A stretch of 64,000 nucleotides of DNA from Mobula hypostoma (GCF_963921235.1 NC_086105.1:134106001-134170000); one strand, 5' to 3'. Shown: positions 25,626 to 38,281, counted from the first letter of the stretch. Numbers and translations are program-made. Notes: generated by a model from the letters alone, not told the origin.

Positions 25626-25661
25626 AGTCCTGACGAAGGGTCTCGGCCTGAAACGTCCACT
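25626..25661 (+). ncRNA. Minimal type I hammerhead ribozyme motif
   Basis: agtc-CTGACGA-agg(gtctcgg)cct-GAAA-cg-TC-cact: complete core, stem II, palindromic stem III, stem I with one mismatch. Confidence 0.8.
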
Positions 25662-26215
25662 GCGCCTCTTCCTGGAGATGCTGTCTGGCCTGCTGCGTTC
25701 ACCAGCAACTTTTATGTGTGTTGCTTGAATTTCCAGCATCTGCAGAATTCCTGTTGTTTGCATGGGAAAAATGGTTTGGACTATCGACCCTATTTATGTC
25801 TTTTGTAATTTTACATATCTCTATCAGATCATCCCTTCAGCTGCCTTGCTTTCATGGAGAACAAGCCTGTTTTATCTGATAATCCCAATAACTGAAGCCC
25901 TTTAATCTGCTCAGTTTAGAACATAAAACAGTACAGCAGAGTACAGGCCCCTCGGACCACAATGCTATGTTCAAACCTTTAACCTACTCCAAGATCAATC
26001 TAGTATTTCCCTCTCACATATCCTTCCATTTTTCTTTCAACCATGTGCCTATCTAAGAGCCTCTTAGATGTTCCTTCTGTATCTGCTTCCAACACTATCG
26101 TTTACAGTGCATTCCATGAACTTACCATTCTCTATATAAAATACCTGCTGCTACTGACATCCCCCTTATGCTTTCCTCCAATCCTGAAAATTATGCCTTC
26201 TTGTATGCATCATTT

Positions 26216-26740
26216 AAATAAAATGAATTATAGGAAAGATGTCAATAAAATTGAGAGAGTACAGAGGAGATTTACTAAAATGTTGCCTGGGTTTCATCTC
26301 CTAAGTCACAGAGAAAGTCTGAACAAGTTAGGTCTTTATTCTTTGGAGCTTAGAAGGTTGAGGGGGGATTTGATAGAGGTGTTTAAAATTTTGAGGGGGA
26401 TTGATAGAGTTGACGTGGATAGGCTTTTTCCATTGGGAATGGGGTAGATTCAAACGAGAGGACATGAGTTGAGAGTTAAAGGGCAAAAGTTTAGGGGTAA
26501 CATGAGGGGGAACTTCTTTACTCAGAGAGTGGTAGCTGTGTGGAATGAGCTTCCAGCAGAAGTGGTTGAGGCAGGTTCGATTTTGCTGTTTAAAGTTAAA
26601 TTGGATAGATATATGGACAAGAAAGGAACGGAGGGTTATGGGCTGAGTGCAGGTCGGTGGGACTAGGTGAGAGTATGAGTTCGGGACGGCCTAGAAAGGC
26701 CGAGATGGCCTGTTTCTGTGCTGTAATTGTTATATGGTTA
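26216..26740 (+). mobile_element. CR1 LINE 3' fragment nested in an opposite-strand CR1 fragment
   Basis: IERVQRRFTKMLPG...RRLRGDLIEVFK...FFTQRVVAVWNELP. Confidence 0.88.
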
Positions 26741-27601
26741 TTTCTGTCCTGGGAAAAAGGTGCTGAGTGTCCACTCTACCAATGCCTCTAATTATCTTAC
26801 AACCCCGATGAATCTCCTCGACAGTGAGTATGGTTCCAAATTTTATGTCGCTTGCTCCTGTGCAACAGATTGGCTTGATGCTGAGTGTAAAGCGGGTGAT
26901 CACCAAACTGGATCTGGTGAAGGTTGGATCTAACTACTGGTTTGACCCTGCCTCATATGGAAATGTTCCTGATTAGCCAGGGCATCAAAGGATATGGGGA
27001 GAATGCAGGGGAGAGGGGATGACTGGAAGAATTGGATCAGCCATGATTGAATAGCAGAGCAGACTTGATGGGCCGAATAGCCTACCTCTGCTCCTATATC
27101 TTATGGAAGTGTCAATGCACGGGGTTATAAAAGGCTTCAGACGGTTGTAGATTGAGCTAGCTCCATCACAGGCACAAGCCTCCCCTTTATCGAGGGCATC
27201 TTCAAAGCGCAGTGTCTCAAGAAGATGGCATCCATAACAAAGGACACTCACTATCCGGGACATATCCTCTTCTCATTACTGTCATCAGGGAGCCTGAGGG
27301 CCCACACTCAACATCTTAGGAACAGTTCCTTCCCCTCTGACATCAGATGGCTGGATGGCCATGAGCTCAAGAACACTACCTCATTTTTGCTCTTTTGCAC
27401 TACTTAATTATGTATTTGTTATTGCAATTTTAGTCATTTGTTATGATTTGCATTGTACTATTGCCACAAAATAACAAATTCTACAACTACTGTCAGTGGC
27501 AATAAATCTGATGCAGACTAAGTAACTACCTTCTCATTTTCAAATAAGCATTGTTTCACTTCTTTTACTCTATTTCCAATGTGTTAAACAAAATCCATTA
27601 C

Positions 27602-27710
27602 CTGTAATGTCTCTGTGTAAGCTTCCACTTATTGTGATTTTCCTAAAATGCTGGACAAGTTTTCCAGATGTCCAAAGTGAAATGTTGTATGTCCTCGAAG
27701 TACAAAATGA
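27602..27710 (-). CDS. Putative coding exon (SFCTSRTYNISLWTSGKLVQHFRKITISGSLHRDIT)
   Basis: ttctgcag acceptor, CAG|gtaatg donor, 109 bp; only one frame is open and it is phase 0-1, fitting both neighbours. Confidence 0.6.
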
Positions 27711-28008
27711 CTGCAGAATTTATTTTATTTGATTTGACACTCCTTTCTGTAACCTTCAGAGGGAGGACTAAAACTCCTTTCAAAAGTCAAAACTAGCTTG
27801 TATCAAGTACCAAGGTTGAAATCAAGTCACCTCCAGTTAAAAACATAAAACATCAGCACTTCCAGAGGTTTACTAAGGACAAGGCAAGCAATACCCAGAA
27901 AGGACAAGCAAAAAAAAACTGTAGGTGCCGGAAGTCTAAAATTTAAACCACGAATGCTGGAGATCTTCAGGACAGGTGGTAGCTGTGGAGAGAGAGGGAA
28001 GCAGAACT

Positions 28009-29492
28009 AGATTATGAAGACACGCAGTCCTCTTTTATTGTCATTTAGTAATGCATGCATTAAGAAATGATACACTATTTCCTCCGGTGTGATATCACAA
28101 ATCACAGGTGTGACGAGAATACACATAAAATTAAGATGTTTGCTGGCCTGGGTTAGCATCAGTGACATCAGCAAGTGGTCTGCCACCTGCCCTCAGGAGG
28201 AGAGATAAGGAACAATGGAGCAGCGTCTGGAGATGTGTAATGAAGGAACGGGGGAGAGAGAGCTGTCTGGAGCGGCTCCCCCCTTTGAACCTTGAACTGT
28301 TTGAAGTGATGGACAGGCGATACCCCAGCAGGGGGATAAAAAGGGACCGGTTCGCTAAGGCAGACACACACGCCACCCGAGGTAATGAGACCCTGGAAGC
28401 GGTGCGCCTCTCACGAGTGGGTGAGAAGTATCAGACAACGACCAGGGTGGTAAGGTACAATCAGCGGGAACCCGGTGTGTGTCCGCCCTTGCCTGGGTGC
28501 CGGGTTCACTGCAGAGGATTGACCGCATCTGGAGGAGGGGTCACAGTCGGTGACCTCAGGTGACATCACCAAGGACCCGCCCAAAAGCTGCTTGTGAGCC
28601 ATCTCGCCGGTCTGTGAGTGAAGCCGTTCTGAATGATCAGTTGTTCCTGTTCTATCTCTCTCTCCCCCCACGTTGTCCATCGCCATGGCAACGATTACTG
28701 CGAACTGAACTACTAACTGGACTGAACTTTGAGTCACTTTGAAATTTGGTCATTTACCCCTAGACAACGATAGAGCTTGATTGATGCTGTTATCTTAATT
28801 CTGTGCACATGTGTGTTTATCATCGCTGAACTGTTGCATTTATTATCCTTTCGGTTACTGTGTTGCTTGTTTCTTTAATAAAACTTTCTTAGTTCTAGTA
28901 CTCCAGACTCCAACTGAGTGATCCATTTCTGCTGGTTTGGCAACCCAGTTACGGGGTACGTAACACAGGACAAACCAAGACTGAAAAAAAGCTAACAAAA
29001 CCACATAATTATAACATATAGTTACAACAGTGCAACAATACCATAACTTGATGAAGAAGTCCATGAGCACAGTAAAGTTCAAAGTTTCTCAAACGTCCCA
29101 CATCTCACGCAGTCGGGAGAAGGAAGAAAAACTCTCCCTGCCATACCCCACTACAGTCCGACTTTGAGTCATCCGAAAACTTCGAGCTCTGATCAGCTCT
29201 CCGACACTGAGTACCGAGCGCCATCTCTATCCGAATGATTCGACCTCCTTCTCGGTCGCCAACAGCAGGCAAAGCCGGGGATTTTGAGGCCTTCCCTCTG
29301 AAAGATTCCCGACCACGCAGTAACGACAGCAGCGAACGAGCGTTTCAGAAATTTTTCCAGATGTTCCTCTGTGCTTTCACGTCCATCTCCATCAAATCAG
29401 AATTGTCCACGGCCCCTATTTAACAGATACGATATCATTTTTCATCGGAGGGCCGCACACACGCAGTGCACTGCTTCTCTCTCTTCCCGCCG
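28009..29492 (-). mobile_element. (AATCT)n-tailed non-autonomous retroelement, split by a solo LTR
   Basis: Reverse homologue of 4620-5240 on both sides of 28109-28965. Confidence 0.75.
28109..28965 (+). mobile_element. Solo LTR
   Basis: TGTGACG...GTAACA; perfect CAGG TSD (28105-28108, 28966-28969); AATAAA near the 3' end. Confidence 0.92.
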
Positions 29493-29559
29493 TTTCTTGA
29501 AACTAGCATTTCAAGTCAATTACCTTTCTTCAGAAGTTGACCACCTCATTATAAGAAGG

Positions 29560-30068
29560 GTCTGAAAGCTTTAGGGAGGTTGCAGAGGAGAGTTATCAAG
29601 GTGCTGCCTGGATTAGAGAGCATGTCTTATGAGCATAGGTTGAGCAAGTTAGGGCTTTTCTCTCCGGAGCAAAGAAGGATGAGAGGTGACTTGATGGAGG
29701 TGTACAAGATGATAGGAGGCATAGATCAAGTGGATAGCCAGAGGTTCTTTCCCAGAGCATTAATATCTGATACAAGGGCTATAATTTTAAGGAGATTTGT
29801 GGAAAGTGTAGGGGGGATGTTAGAGGTATATTTTTTTACATTCAGTAGTGGGTGTATGCAACTCCTTACCAGGAGTGATGGTAGAGACAGATACATTCGG
29901 GACATTTAATAAACCCTTAGGTAGGCACGTGGTTGATAAATAAATGGAGGGCTACGTAGGGCGGAAGACTTAGATTGGTCTCAGAGTGGTTTAAGAGGTC
30001 ACCACAACATCTTGGGTCAAAGGGCCTGTACTGTGCTGTAGTGTTCTTTGCTCTATGTTTTATGTTCT
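29560..30068 (+). mobile_element. CR1 LINE 3' fragment
   Basis: QRRVIKVLPG...RRMRGDLMEVYK; TTCTATG-like tail. Confidence 0.85.
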
Positions 30069-30085
30069 AAGTGCCTCAATTAATA

Positions 30086-30622
30086 CACCTGGTGGCCACT
30101 TTATTAGGTACCTCCTCCAGCTAATGAAATGGCCACTGAGTGTATGTTTATGATCTTCTGCTGGTGTAGCCCATCCTCTTCAGGGTTGTATATGTTGCAC
30201 ATTCAGCGATGCTCTTCTGCACACCACTGTTGTAATGCGTGGTTATTTAAGTTACTGCCGCCCTCCAGTCAGCCTGAACTACTCTGGCCATTCTCCTCTG
30301 ATCTCTCTCTTTAACTCTCTCTTTCACCCACAGAACTGCTGCTCACTGGAATTTTTTGGTTTGCTTTGTTTTCCTTTTGCATGATTCTCTACAAACTCTG
30401 GAGACCGTTGTGAGTAAAAATCCCAGCAGATCAGCAGTTTCTGAGATATTTAATCCACCCTAGATACCCATTTGATATTTGATCTGAGCAGCAACTGAAC
30501 CTCTTGACCATGTCTGCATGCGTTTATGCATTGAACTGCTGCTGATGAGATGCATTGGCTGATTAGATATTCGCATTAATGAGTAGGTGTACAAGTGCAC
30601 TTAATAATGTGGCCACCAAGTG
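30086..30622 (-). mobile_element. Tc1-derived non-autonomous DNA transposon
   Basis: Same TIRs and internal sequence as 16513-17057. Confidence 0.8.
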
Positions 30623-30983
30623 CAGTATCCCTAACTTTGTTTGTGTTTACTCATATAAGGGAACCTCAGTTGCTCTGGTCTCACATTATAGAAGATTTGG
30701 GTTCATTTCCTTTACCTTAATGCAGCGACTACAGGTGACTCCTGCATTTTGGGAGGGAAGGTAGGAGCTGGGGATTGTGTCCCAGAAAATCATCCGCATA
30801 GTGAACTTCCATCACACAAAGGCATATCATATGCAAATGTGCCAAGAAATGCATGCTAAAAATAAAATAACAACTGACACTCAGATTGCGTAAGAGCATA
30901 TTTTTATTCTGTACCTCAGAATTTTATTTTTGACAATGATTTATCAGTTTCCATAATCTGAACATCTGCAATATGGAGGTCAC

Positions 30984-31182
30984 CTGTGCTGGATCAGCTG
31001 CACTTGAAGGAATCTGTTCTCTGCCCTCTTTTGGAGATGAGACTTGGGGTGAGGGGTTTAGAAATTGCATTTTCACCCAGTTCATGCAGGTAGGAAAGGC
31101 CTGGAGTAAGTGGAAAAGCGGGGCCAGTGGACCAAGATATAGCATCATCTCCCAATAACCACAATCTCTGCAGGCTCTGCAC
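30984..31182 (-). CDS. Putative coding exon (CRACRDCGYWEMMLYLGPLAPLFHLLQAFPTCMNWVKMQF...AADPAQ)
   Basis: ctttaag acceptor, CAG|gtgacc donor, 199 bp, phase 2-0, open frame in non-repetitive DNA. Confidence 0.55.
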
Positions 31183-32860
31183 CTTAAAGCTAGCTTAAAT
31201 AGCAATCATCACATGCTGTCAGACCAGTGACAAAGCAGGGAGTTCGATAAACTGGAGCATAGTTTATTGTTACAGGTACTCTATAGAGATTATAACTATT
31301 GATATTGTGTCATATTTTAATGCACTCCCATTTTCACTAAATTAAATAGTCGGAGGTTATAGTGTCCAGACAGAAAAGAGAAGTTCAGGCCAGCAATAAG
31401 GTAAATCAGTCCAAGTGAAGTGTCTTGGCCTGAAATGCCGACAATTCATTTCCCTCCACAGATGCTCCCTGTCCTGTTGAGTTTTTCCAGCAGCCCATTT
31501 ATTACTCTGGATTCCGTGTTCAGCAGGCACAGCCATTGGTAATTTTTGTCCCCAAAGTCCATGCACAGGGGCAGAGCCACCCCCAGAAACTGTTCTCGTT
31601 GCTAACATCAGGAAGGAGGTACAGGACCCTGAAGGCTCACACTCTGCGACCCAGGAACGGCATCTTCCCCTCTGCCATCTGGTTTCTGAATGGACATTGA
31701 ACCCACGAACATTAACTTAGTACATTTTTTATTTTTATTTTTGCACTACTTATTTAACTACAGGTATCTCATAAATGTATACTTAGTGTAATTAGTGTAA
31801 TACTCAGGGTCTCGGCCTGAAATGTCGACTGTACCTCTTCCTAGAGATGCTGCCTGGCCTGCTGCGTTCACCAGCAACTTTGATGTGTGTTGCTTGAATT
31901 TCCAGCATCTGCAGAATTCCTCGTGTTACTGTAATTCACAGTTTTATATTATTATGTATTGCATTGTGCGGCTGCCGTAAAGTTAACAAATTTCATGCCA
32001 TATGCTGATGATATTAAACCTGATTCTGATCCTTAATCCCTTTGAGTCTGATGACAGTGAGAAAGAAGCTGTCGTTGAGTCTGGTGCTGCCTGTTCTCGA
32101 GCCGTGGGAGAGGGGAGAAGAGAGAATGGCCTGGAGGTGAGTGGTATGTGATCATGTTGGCTACTTTCCTGAGGCAGGGGGAAGTGCAGATGGAATCATT
32201 GGAGGCGATCTTGTGTGATGGACTGGGCTAAATTCTGAACATACTTTTCCAAAACTCATTCCTTTCTCAGATATCCCTTTCGGGTGATTTCTTACTCATA
32301 AACCATTCGACCCTGCTTTAATTTAGCAGTAATGATCATATTCAAAATTCTACACTATGTCATTCATAATTCCACTGAGTAGAAAATGTTATTTTAAAAA
32401 CACTCATCGTAGAATAACATCATGACCATACACATATTCATTCCTTCCTCTGCTTAACAAACCGTCCAGGATTTGATGTAAAGTGCGGTGCTGAGATGCA
32501 AGCGTGAGACTTGACAATTGAAGAAATGTGAAATTAATTTTCTGTATCTCTACAGCTTTGAAACCTTCATCACTCAGAAGACCAAACAGCTTCCCGATGA
32601 AGAACCGGAGTGCTGGGGCTCAGTGGGGTCGACGCCTGTCGATGAGTTCAAGTCCACCGTGGAGCTTTGAGCACGGCTCATTACTGAGGAAGGACAGCAC
32701 TGCTGGAGATGATGAGATGATAGGTCAAGCCACTACTTGTTCCTTCAGCTTTAGAAAATGGTGTGGCATGCCACGGTACAAAGGCACAGGGAGTGTTTCT
32801 AAGTAGGAGGGATAGGACTAGGGGTAGACGCTTGGGCCCTTCAAATTAGAATCAAAATTA

Positions 32861-33402
32861 CAGTCTTTGCAAAAGTCTTAGGAACATATATGCAGCTAGG
32901 GTGCCTGAGATTTTTGCACCGTATTGTAGTAATTTTATGTATTACACTGCACTGCTGCCACAAAAAAAAACAAATATGAAAACATACATGAATGATGATA
33001 AACCTGTTTCTGATTTGGGTCTCTGTTGTGGACTGAGAGTGGGAAGGGAGCAGGGAGAGGGAAATCGTGGTTGGGAAAAGGGGAAGGGAGAGGGGAGGGA
33101 GCAGGAAGCAAGAGAGACATTTTGTAATGTTCAGTAAACCAGTTGTTTGGAATCGAATGTCCATGCCTGGTGTCCCAGGACTGGGTGTGTCTGCACCAGT
33201 GCCACCCACCACCCCTGGCACTCCCTCTCTGCCACCAATCCCGCACCCCTCCCATGGCACTCCACCCTCACCATTTCCAACATCCTTTTCTCCCGTCATA
33301 TTTACAAACTTGCTCTCCTTCCACACTGACAAATATAATACTGTGCCAAAGTCTTAAGCATGCTAGCTATATACATGTGCCCAAGATTTTTGCACAGTAC
33401 TG
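32861..33402. mobile_element. Tc1/mariner-type MITE
   Basis: TA flanks; TIRs CAGT...TGCAAAAGTCTTAGG and CCAAGATTTTTGCACAGTACTG. Confidence 0.75.
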
Positions 33403-34255
33403 TAGGTTTTATTATCCCTGACGTATACCATGACACTTGTTCATTTTCAGCAGCAGTTATGCATTAAACATTACATAAGTTACAATAAGAAATATATAAA
33501 AAAAAGAGAGTGCAAAACGAGAGCAAGCTAGTGAGGTTCAAGAGTAGCTAGATAGTGTGATTCATGGGTTCATGGACTGTTCAGAAATCTGATGGCAGTG
33601 AAGAAGTTGTTCCCGAAACGTTGAGTGTGTGTCTTCAGCTTCCTTTGTAGTAGGAATCAGAAAAGGGCATGTCCTGGATGGTGAGGATCCTTCGTGATGG
33701 AGGCCTGAATCCATCCTGAAGGCTGAATTGATTCTACCCTCAGTTCACTCTGCAATTTATTTTCCTCATTCACCCTGTAATCTTCAGAAGAATAGTTCAG
33801 GTCAAGTCAGGTTTATTGTCAGGTGCACAAGAGTGGTATAATGAAAACTTGCAGTGTTAGTACAGACAAAACACAAAATATAAATCATACATAAATTTTA
33901 CATGGAGTTTTATCAAAAATAAAAAAAGGCCATGCAAAACCAAGATCAAAACACAAAGACACAAAAGAAGGCAAGTCCACAGTATTGCAAGAGGTGGCCT
34001 GTATTATTCCATTGCTGAGGTAGAGTTAGGGTTGTGCACATTGATTCATTAACCTAATTATTGTAGGAAAGTAGTTGCTCCTGAACCTAGTGCTGTGGGA
34101 CTTCAGGCTTCTGTAACTCCTGCCGCTGCCTGATGGTGGCAACGAGAAGAGGGCATGACCTAGACGGTGGGATCCGTAATGATACACACTGCCTTCTCGA
34201 GGCAGCGTCTCCTGTGGAGGCTCTGAATAGTGGGAAGCAGCTCTCTGCAACTTCT

Positions 34256-34870
34256 TGTATTACTGTGTGTTGTATTGCTGTGTGTTGTATTGTTGTTTGT
34301 TGTATTGCTGTCTGTTGTATTGCTGTGTGTTGTATTGCTGTTTGTTGTATTGCTGTCTGTTGTACTACTGTGTGTTGTATTGCTGTGTGTTGTATTACTG
34401 TGTGTTGTATTGTTGTTTGTTGTATTGCTGTCTGTTGTATTGCTGTGTGTTGTATTGCTGTTTGTTGTATTGCTGTGTGTTGTATTGCTGTGTGTTGTAT
34501 TGCTGTGTGTTGTATTACTGTGTGTTGTATTGTTGTTTGTTGTATTGTTGTCTGTTGTATTGCTGTGTGTTGTATTGCTGTGTGTTGTATTGCTGTTTGT
34601 TGTATTGCTGTCTGTTGTACTACTGTGTGTTGTATTGCTGTGTGTTGTATTGCTGTGTGTTGTATTGCTGTGCGTTGTATTGTTGTGTGTTGTATTGCTG
34701 TGTGTTGTATTGCTGTGTGTTGTATTGCTGTGTGTTGTATTGCCATGCGTTGTATTGCCGTGCGTTGTATTGCTGTGTGTTGTATTGCTGTGTGTTGTAC
34801 TGCTGTGTGTTGTATTGCTGTGTGTTGTATTGCTGTGTGTTGTATTGCCGTGCATTGTATTGCTGTGTGT
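34256..34870. repeat. 15-bp minisatellite, about 41 units, inside a Rex1-like LINE fragment
   Basis: Unit TGTATTGCTGTGTGT. Confidence 0.95.
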
Positions 34871-37523
34871 TGGAATCGATGTACCAGGCAGCATACTTTC
34901 AACTGTTGAAGGTTTTTAGAGTATTTGGTGGCATGCCAAATCTCCTTAAGCTTCCAAGGAAGTGGAGACTAGCTGATTATAACCAAATTGTTTTTTGAAC
35001 ATAAGAGCTTAGAGAAAGACATGCAACACCTCTGTATTGTGTGCTACTCTGCAGGCATGCTGCTTTCTCCAGATGCAGACAGAGTCTTCAGAATATTTAT
35101 CCTGAGCGTTGCTGTAATAAATAGAGTACAATGGGTCATAAGTATAAGTCTTTGAGAAGTACCAAACAACATTACATGTCTGGATGAAGGGTCTTGGCCT
35201 GAAACATCGACTCTTTATTCCTTTCCATAGATGTTGCATGACTTGCTGAGTTCCTCCAGCATTTTGTGTGTTTTATTCTGAATTTCCAGCATCTGCAGAA
35301 TTTCTTGTGTATACATATCCCATAACTCTTGACTCTCTTAGAGGACAAACACTTTCTCTGCTTTGAGTAGATTCAATAGATCCCACAACTCTCTGGGGTA
35401 GAGACTTCTGATAACTCACAACTTTCTGAGTGAAGAAAATCCTATAACTCTGATATACTGTAACTGTGTGCCACTTATTCTGGGGTAATATTTCCCAGTT
35501 CCAAATTTCCACTGTAGGATAAAGATTCTTTCAGCCATCCACCTTATTAAGCCTCTCTTTGCTATCTTACTTTTTAATAAGGCCATCTCTTTTTTTCCTA
35601 AACTCTGAGTTTAGGTCTGACCTGTTCAAACAAATCAAGCAAGGCAAACCTTTCATCCTGATAATATGACCAATGTTTTTTTTTCCCTGAGTCAGGTTAA
35701 AAAGATCCTATTTGTGAACACATGATTTAGGAGCAAGAGTAGGCCACTCGGCCCCTTCAAAAATGTAGGGGTCTGTGGTTGAGATGGTCTTTGCCCAATT
35801 CCATTTTCCCACTCGTTCTTGGTAACTTATCACCCGTTTGCTTATCAAGACTGTAAAGGTCTTTTGTTTAAGCACTTTGCTGTGTTTGGGATCTTGCCAT
35901 GTGTATATGTTTCCTCAATAGCAATAACAGCATCATTGAATGTGTTTCACTGGTTGCAAAGCTCATGGGACTGTCCAAGGTAATAAATGTATGCTATATA
36001 GATGGAATAATTACACCAAGCGACAAATTGTGTATAGAGTGGAGAGTTGTAAACTCAGCCAACTCCATCATGGGCAGTAGTCTCCCCACTATCGAGGACA
36101 TCTTCAAAAGGTGATGCCCCAAAAAGGCAGCATCCATCAGTAAGAACCTTCAGCATTCACTACATGTCCTCTTCTTATTACTACCATTAGGCAGGAGGTA
36201 CAAGAGCCTGAAAATACACACTCAACGTTTTAGAGACAGCTTCTTCCCCTCTGCCATCAGATATCTGAATGGTCCAAGAGCCCACGAACACTACCTCCCT
36301 ATTTTGCTCTATTTTGCCTTACCTATTTATTTTGTATGCATTCCCCATTTTAACTCATGGTAATTTTTTATTATTGCACTGTACTGCTGCCATAAAACAA
36401 CAAATTTTGTGGCGTTTGTCAGTGATAATAAGCCTGATTCTGATTCTGAGTGTCATAATGATTCAAGATTCAAGATTGTTTAATGTCATTTCCAGTACAC
36501 GAAAGTAAAAGGAAAAAAAATGATTCTTAGTCTGGATTTGATGCAGCAAAAAAACCCCAAAATAAATAAGACAACAGAATAATTTAAAAAACAAAAAAAC
36601 ATAATAAATATAAATATATAAGATAGGTAGCTTATGTGCATAGATTTAGTATATGTACTTAATGCTCATTCTTGGTGGCAACTTTAGGATGAAGGGACAT
36701 ATTAAATGTGTTTGTCTCCTAACTCTGGGTGGATGGAAGCATTCTACAAATTTAGAAAGGCTCTCACTATGACATGCATTTAATCTCAAGTCATGAAGAG
36801 AATGACCGAACAAAATAACAGAATCTTTCTCGTGTGAAGAATTCTTCCTTCATGGCAGGAGCTGTAGCTCGACAGTTATCTGGCTGCAGTCCCCCAGATA
36901 TCTCAAGGTTTCTGGCAGTACACAGCATGGGGCCAGAACAAGTGCTTTGACACGATCAAAAATAATTGATTTTCCGAATACAATTATGTTGGCTTCAGGA
37001 TGTTGGATATATATTACAATATAAATGCAGGACCATGAAATGTACAGTATGGATGTTAACTCTGGTTAAATATGAGATGAAAGAAGGACAAAAAGGACAA
37101 ACTCATCTACCTAGTAGCTGATTTGATCTATCTGTCTTCATAAAAGGTACTTAAAACATCCCCCACTCTAAGATTAAAGATGATGAATGGTGCCAGAGAC
37201 CTTGTAGTTTTTTATTCAAGCCCATGGAAGAGCAACTCAGTCCCAACCAGTCATGGAAGGAGCTGATCTTTAGCAAGATTGCTCAAGGGGGTGGGCAATT
37301 CACCCTCTGCCTTTCAGGGAATTCTGAATGGACCTATGTAGTTATTAGTAACTCTCCCTTGTGTACTGGAAGATAAGGAATAAGTTAATGGGATCAAAGC
37401 CACTGTTAAACCAGAGGAATTACAGTGAGGGACATTTATATATGGCCTCCTCCTGATAACTACAGCTTCATTTATATCTCAACCAGTAACAATCTAAAGA
37501 GAGCAGTTGGTCACAACTGATAA

Positions 37524-37749
37524 NNNNNNNNNNNNNNNNNNNNNNNNNNNNNNNNNNNNNNNNNNNNNNNNNNNNNNNNNNNNNNNNNNNNNNNNNNNNN
37601 NNNNNNNNNNNNNNNNNNNNNNNNNNNNNNNNNNNNNNNNNNNNNNNNNNNNNNNNNNNNNNNNNNNNNNNNNNNNNNNNNNNNNNNNNNNNNNNNNNNN
37701 NNNNNNNNNNNNNNNNNNNNNNNNNNNNNNNNNNNNNNNNNNNNNNNNN
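37524..37749. other. Assembly gap (226 N)
   Basis: Run of n. Confidence 1.
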
Positions 37750-38281
37750 TGATTTTCTATGCGCCATTCAGCATAAATTCTACTTCACCTGCCATCCCTC
37801 CCATTTACATTTTTTTCTGTAATTGACAATTGAATTTTGTAAAGACAAGAGATTCTGCAGCTGCTGGGAATCCCGAGCAATGCACGCAGAACACTGGAGG
37901 AGCTCAGGCAGCATCAATGGAGAGGAATAGACAGTCGACATTTCAGGATGCCATCCTTTATTTTGTTTTTTTTATTTTATTGAGATACAGCCATTCCAGC
38001 CCCTTTGATCCATGCTGTCCATCAATCTCCTGATTTAATCTCGGGGAAATTTATAAGGGCCAATTACCCTACCAACCAGACCCTCTTTGGACCATGAGAG
38101 GAAACCGGAGCACCCGGAGGAAACACACGTGGTCACGGGGAGAACATACAAACTCCTTCCACGCAGCGGCAGGTATTGGCCTAGTCACCTGTATCGTAAA
38201 GTGTTGTTTAAACCACTGCACTACTGTGCTGCCTTCAAATCTTGATGAAGGGACTGAGCCAGACTGTTTATTCCTCTACAT

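Larger units (their letters stand above)
23809..25760 (+). mobile_element. Young 5'-truncated Neptune-type Penelope-like element inserted in a CR1 fragment
   Basis: 13-bp TSD CATGGGAAAAATG (23796-23808, 25761-25773); RT + GIY-YIG ORF; 3' terminal repeat with hammerhead motif. Confidence 0.95.

Noticed and set aside
32525-32710. Minus-strand frame with an in-frame TGA suggesting selenocysteine
   Set aside because: It is the antisense shadow of the plus-strand frame; a second TGA lies nearby and no SECIS was recognised
34087-34998. Five long overlapping ORFs, including Cys-rich (CCIAV)n resembling keratin-associated proteins
   Set aside because: Artefact of a stop-free 15-bp repeat inside a LINE fragment
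37468-37767. ORFs full of X
   Set aside because: They span the assembly gap
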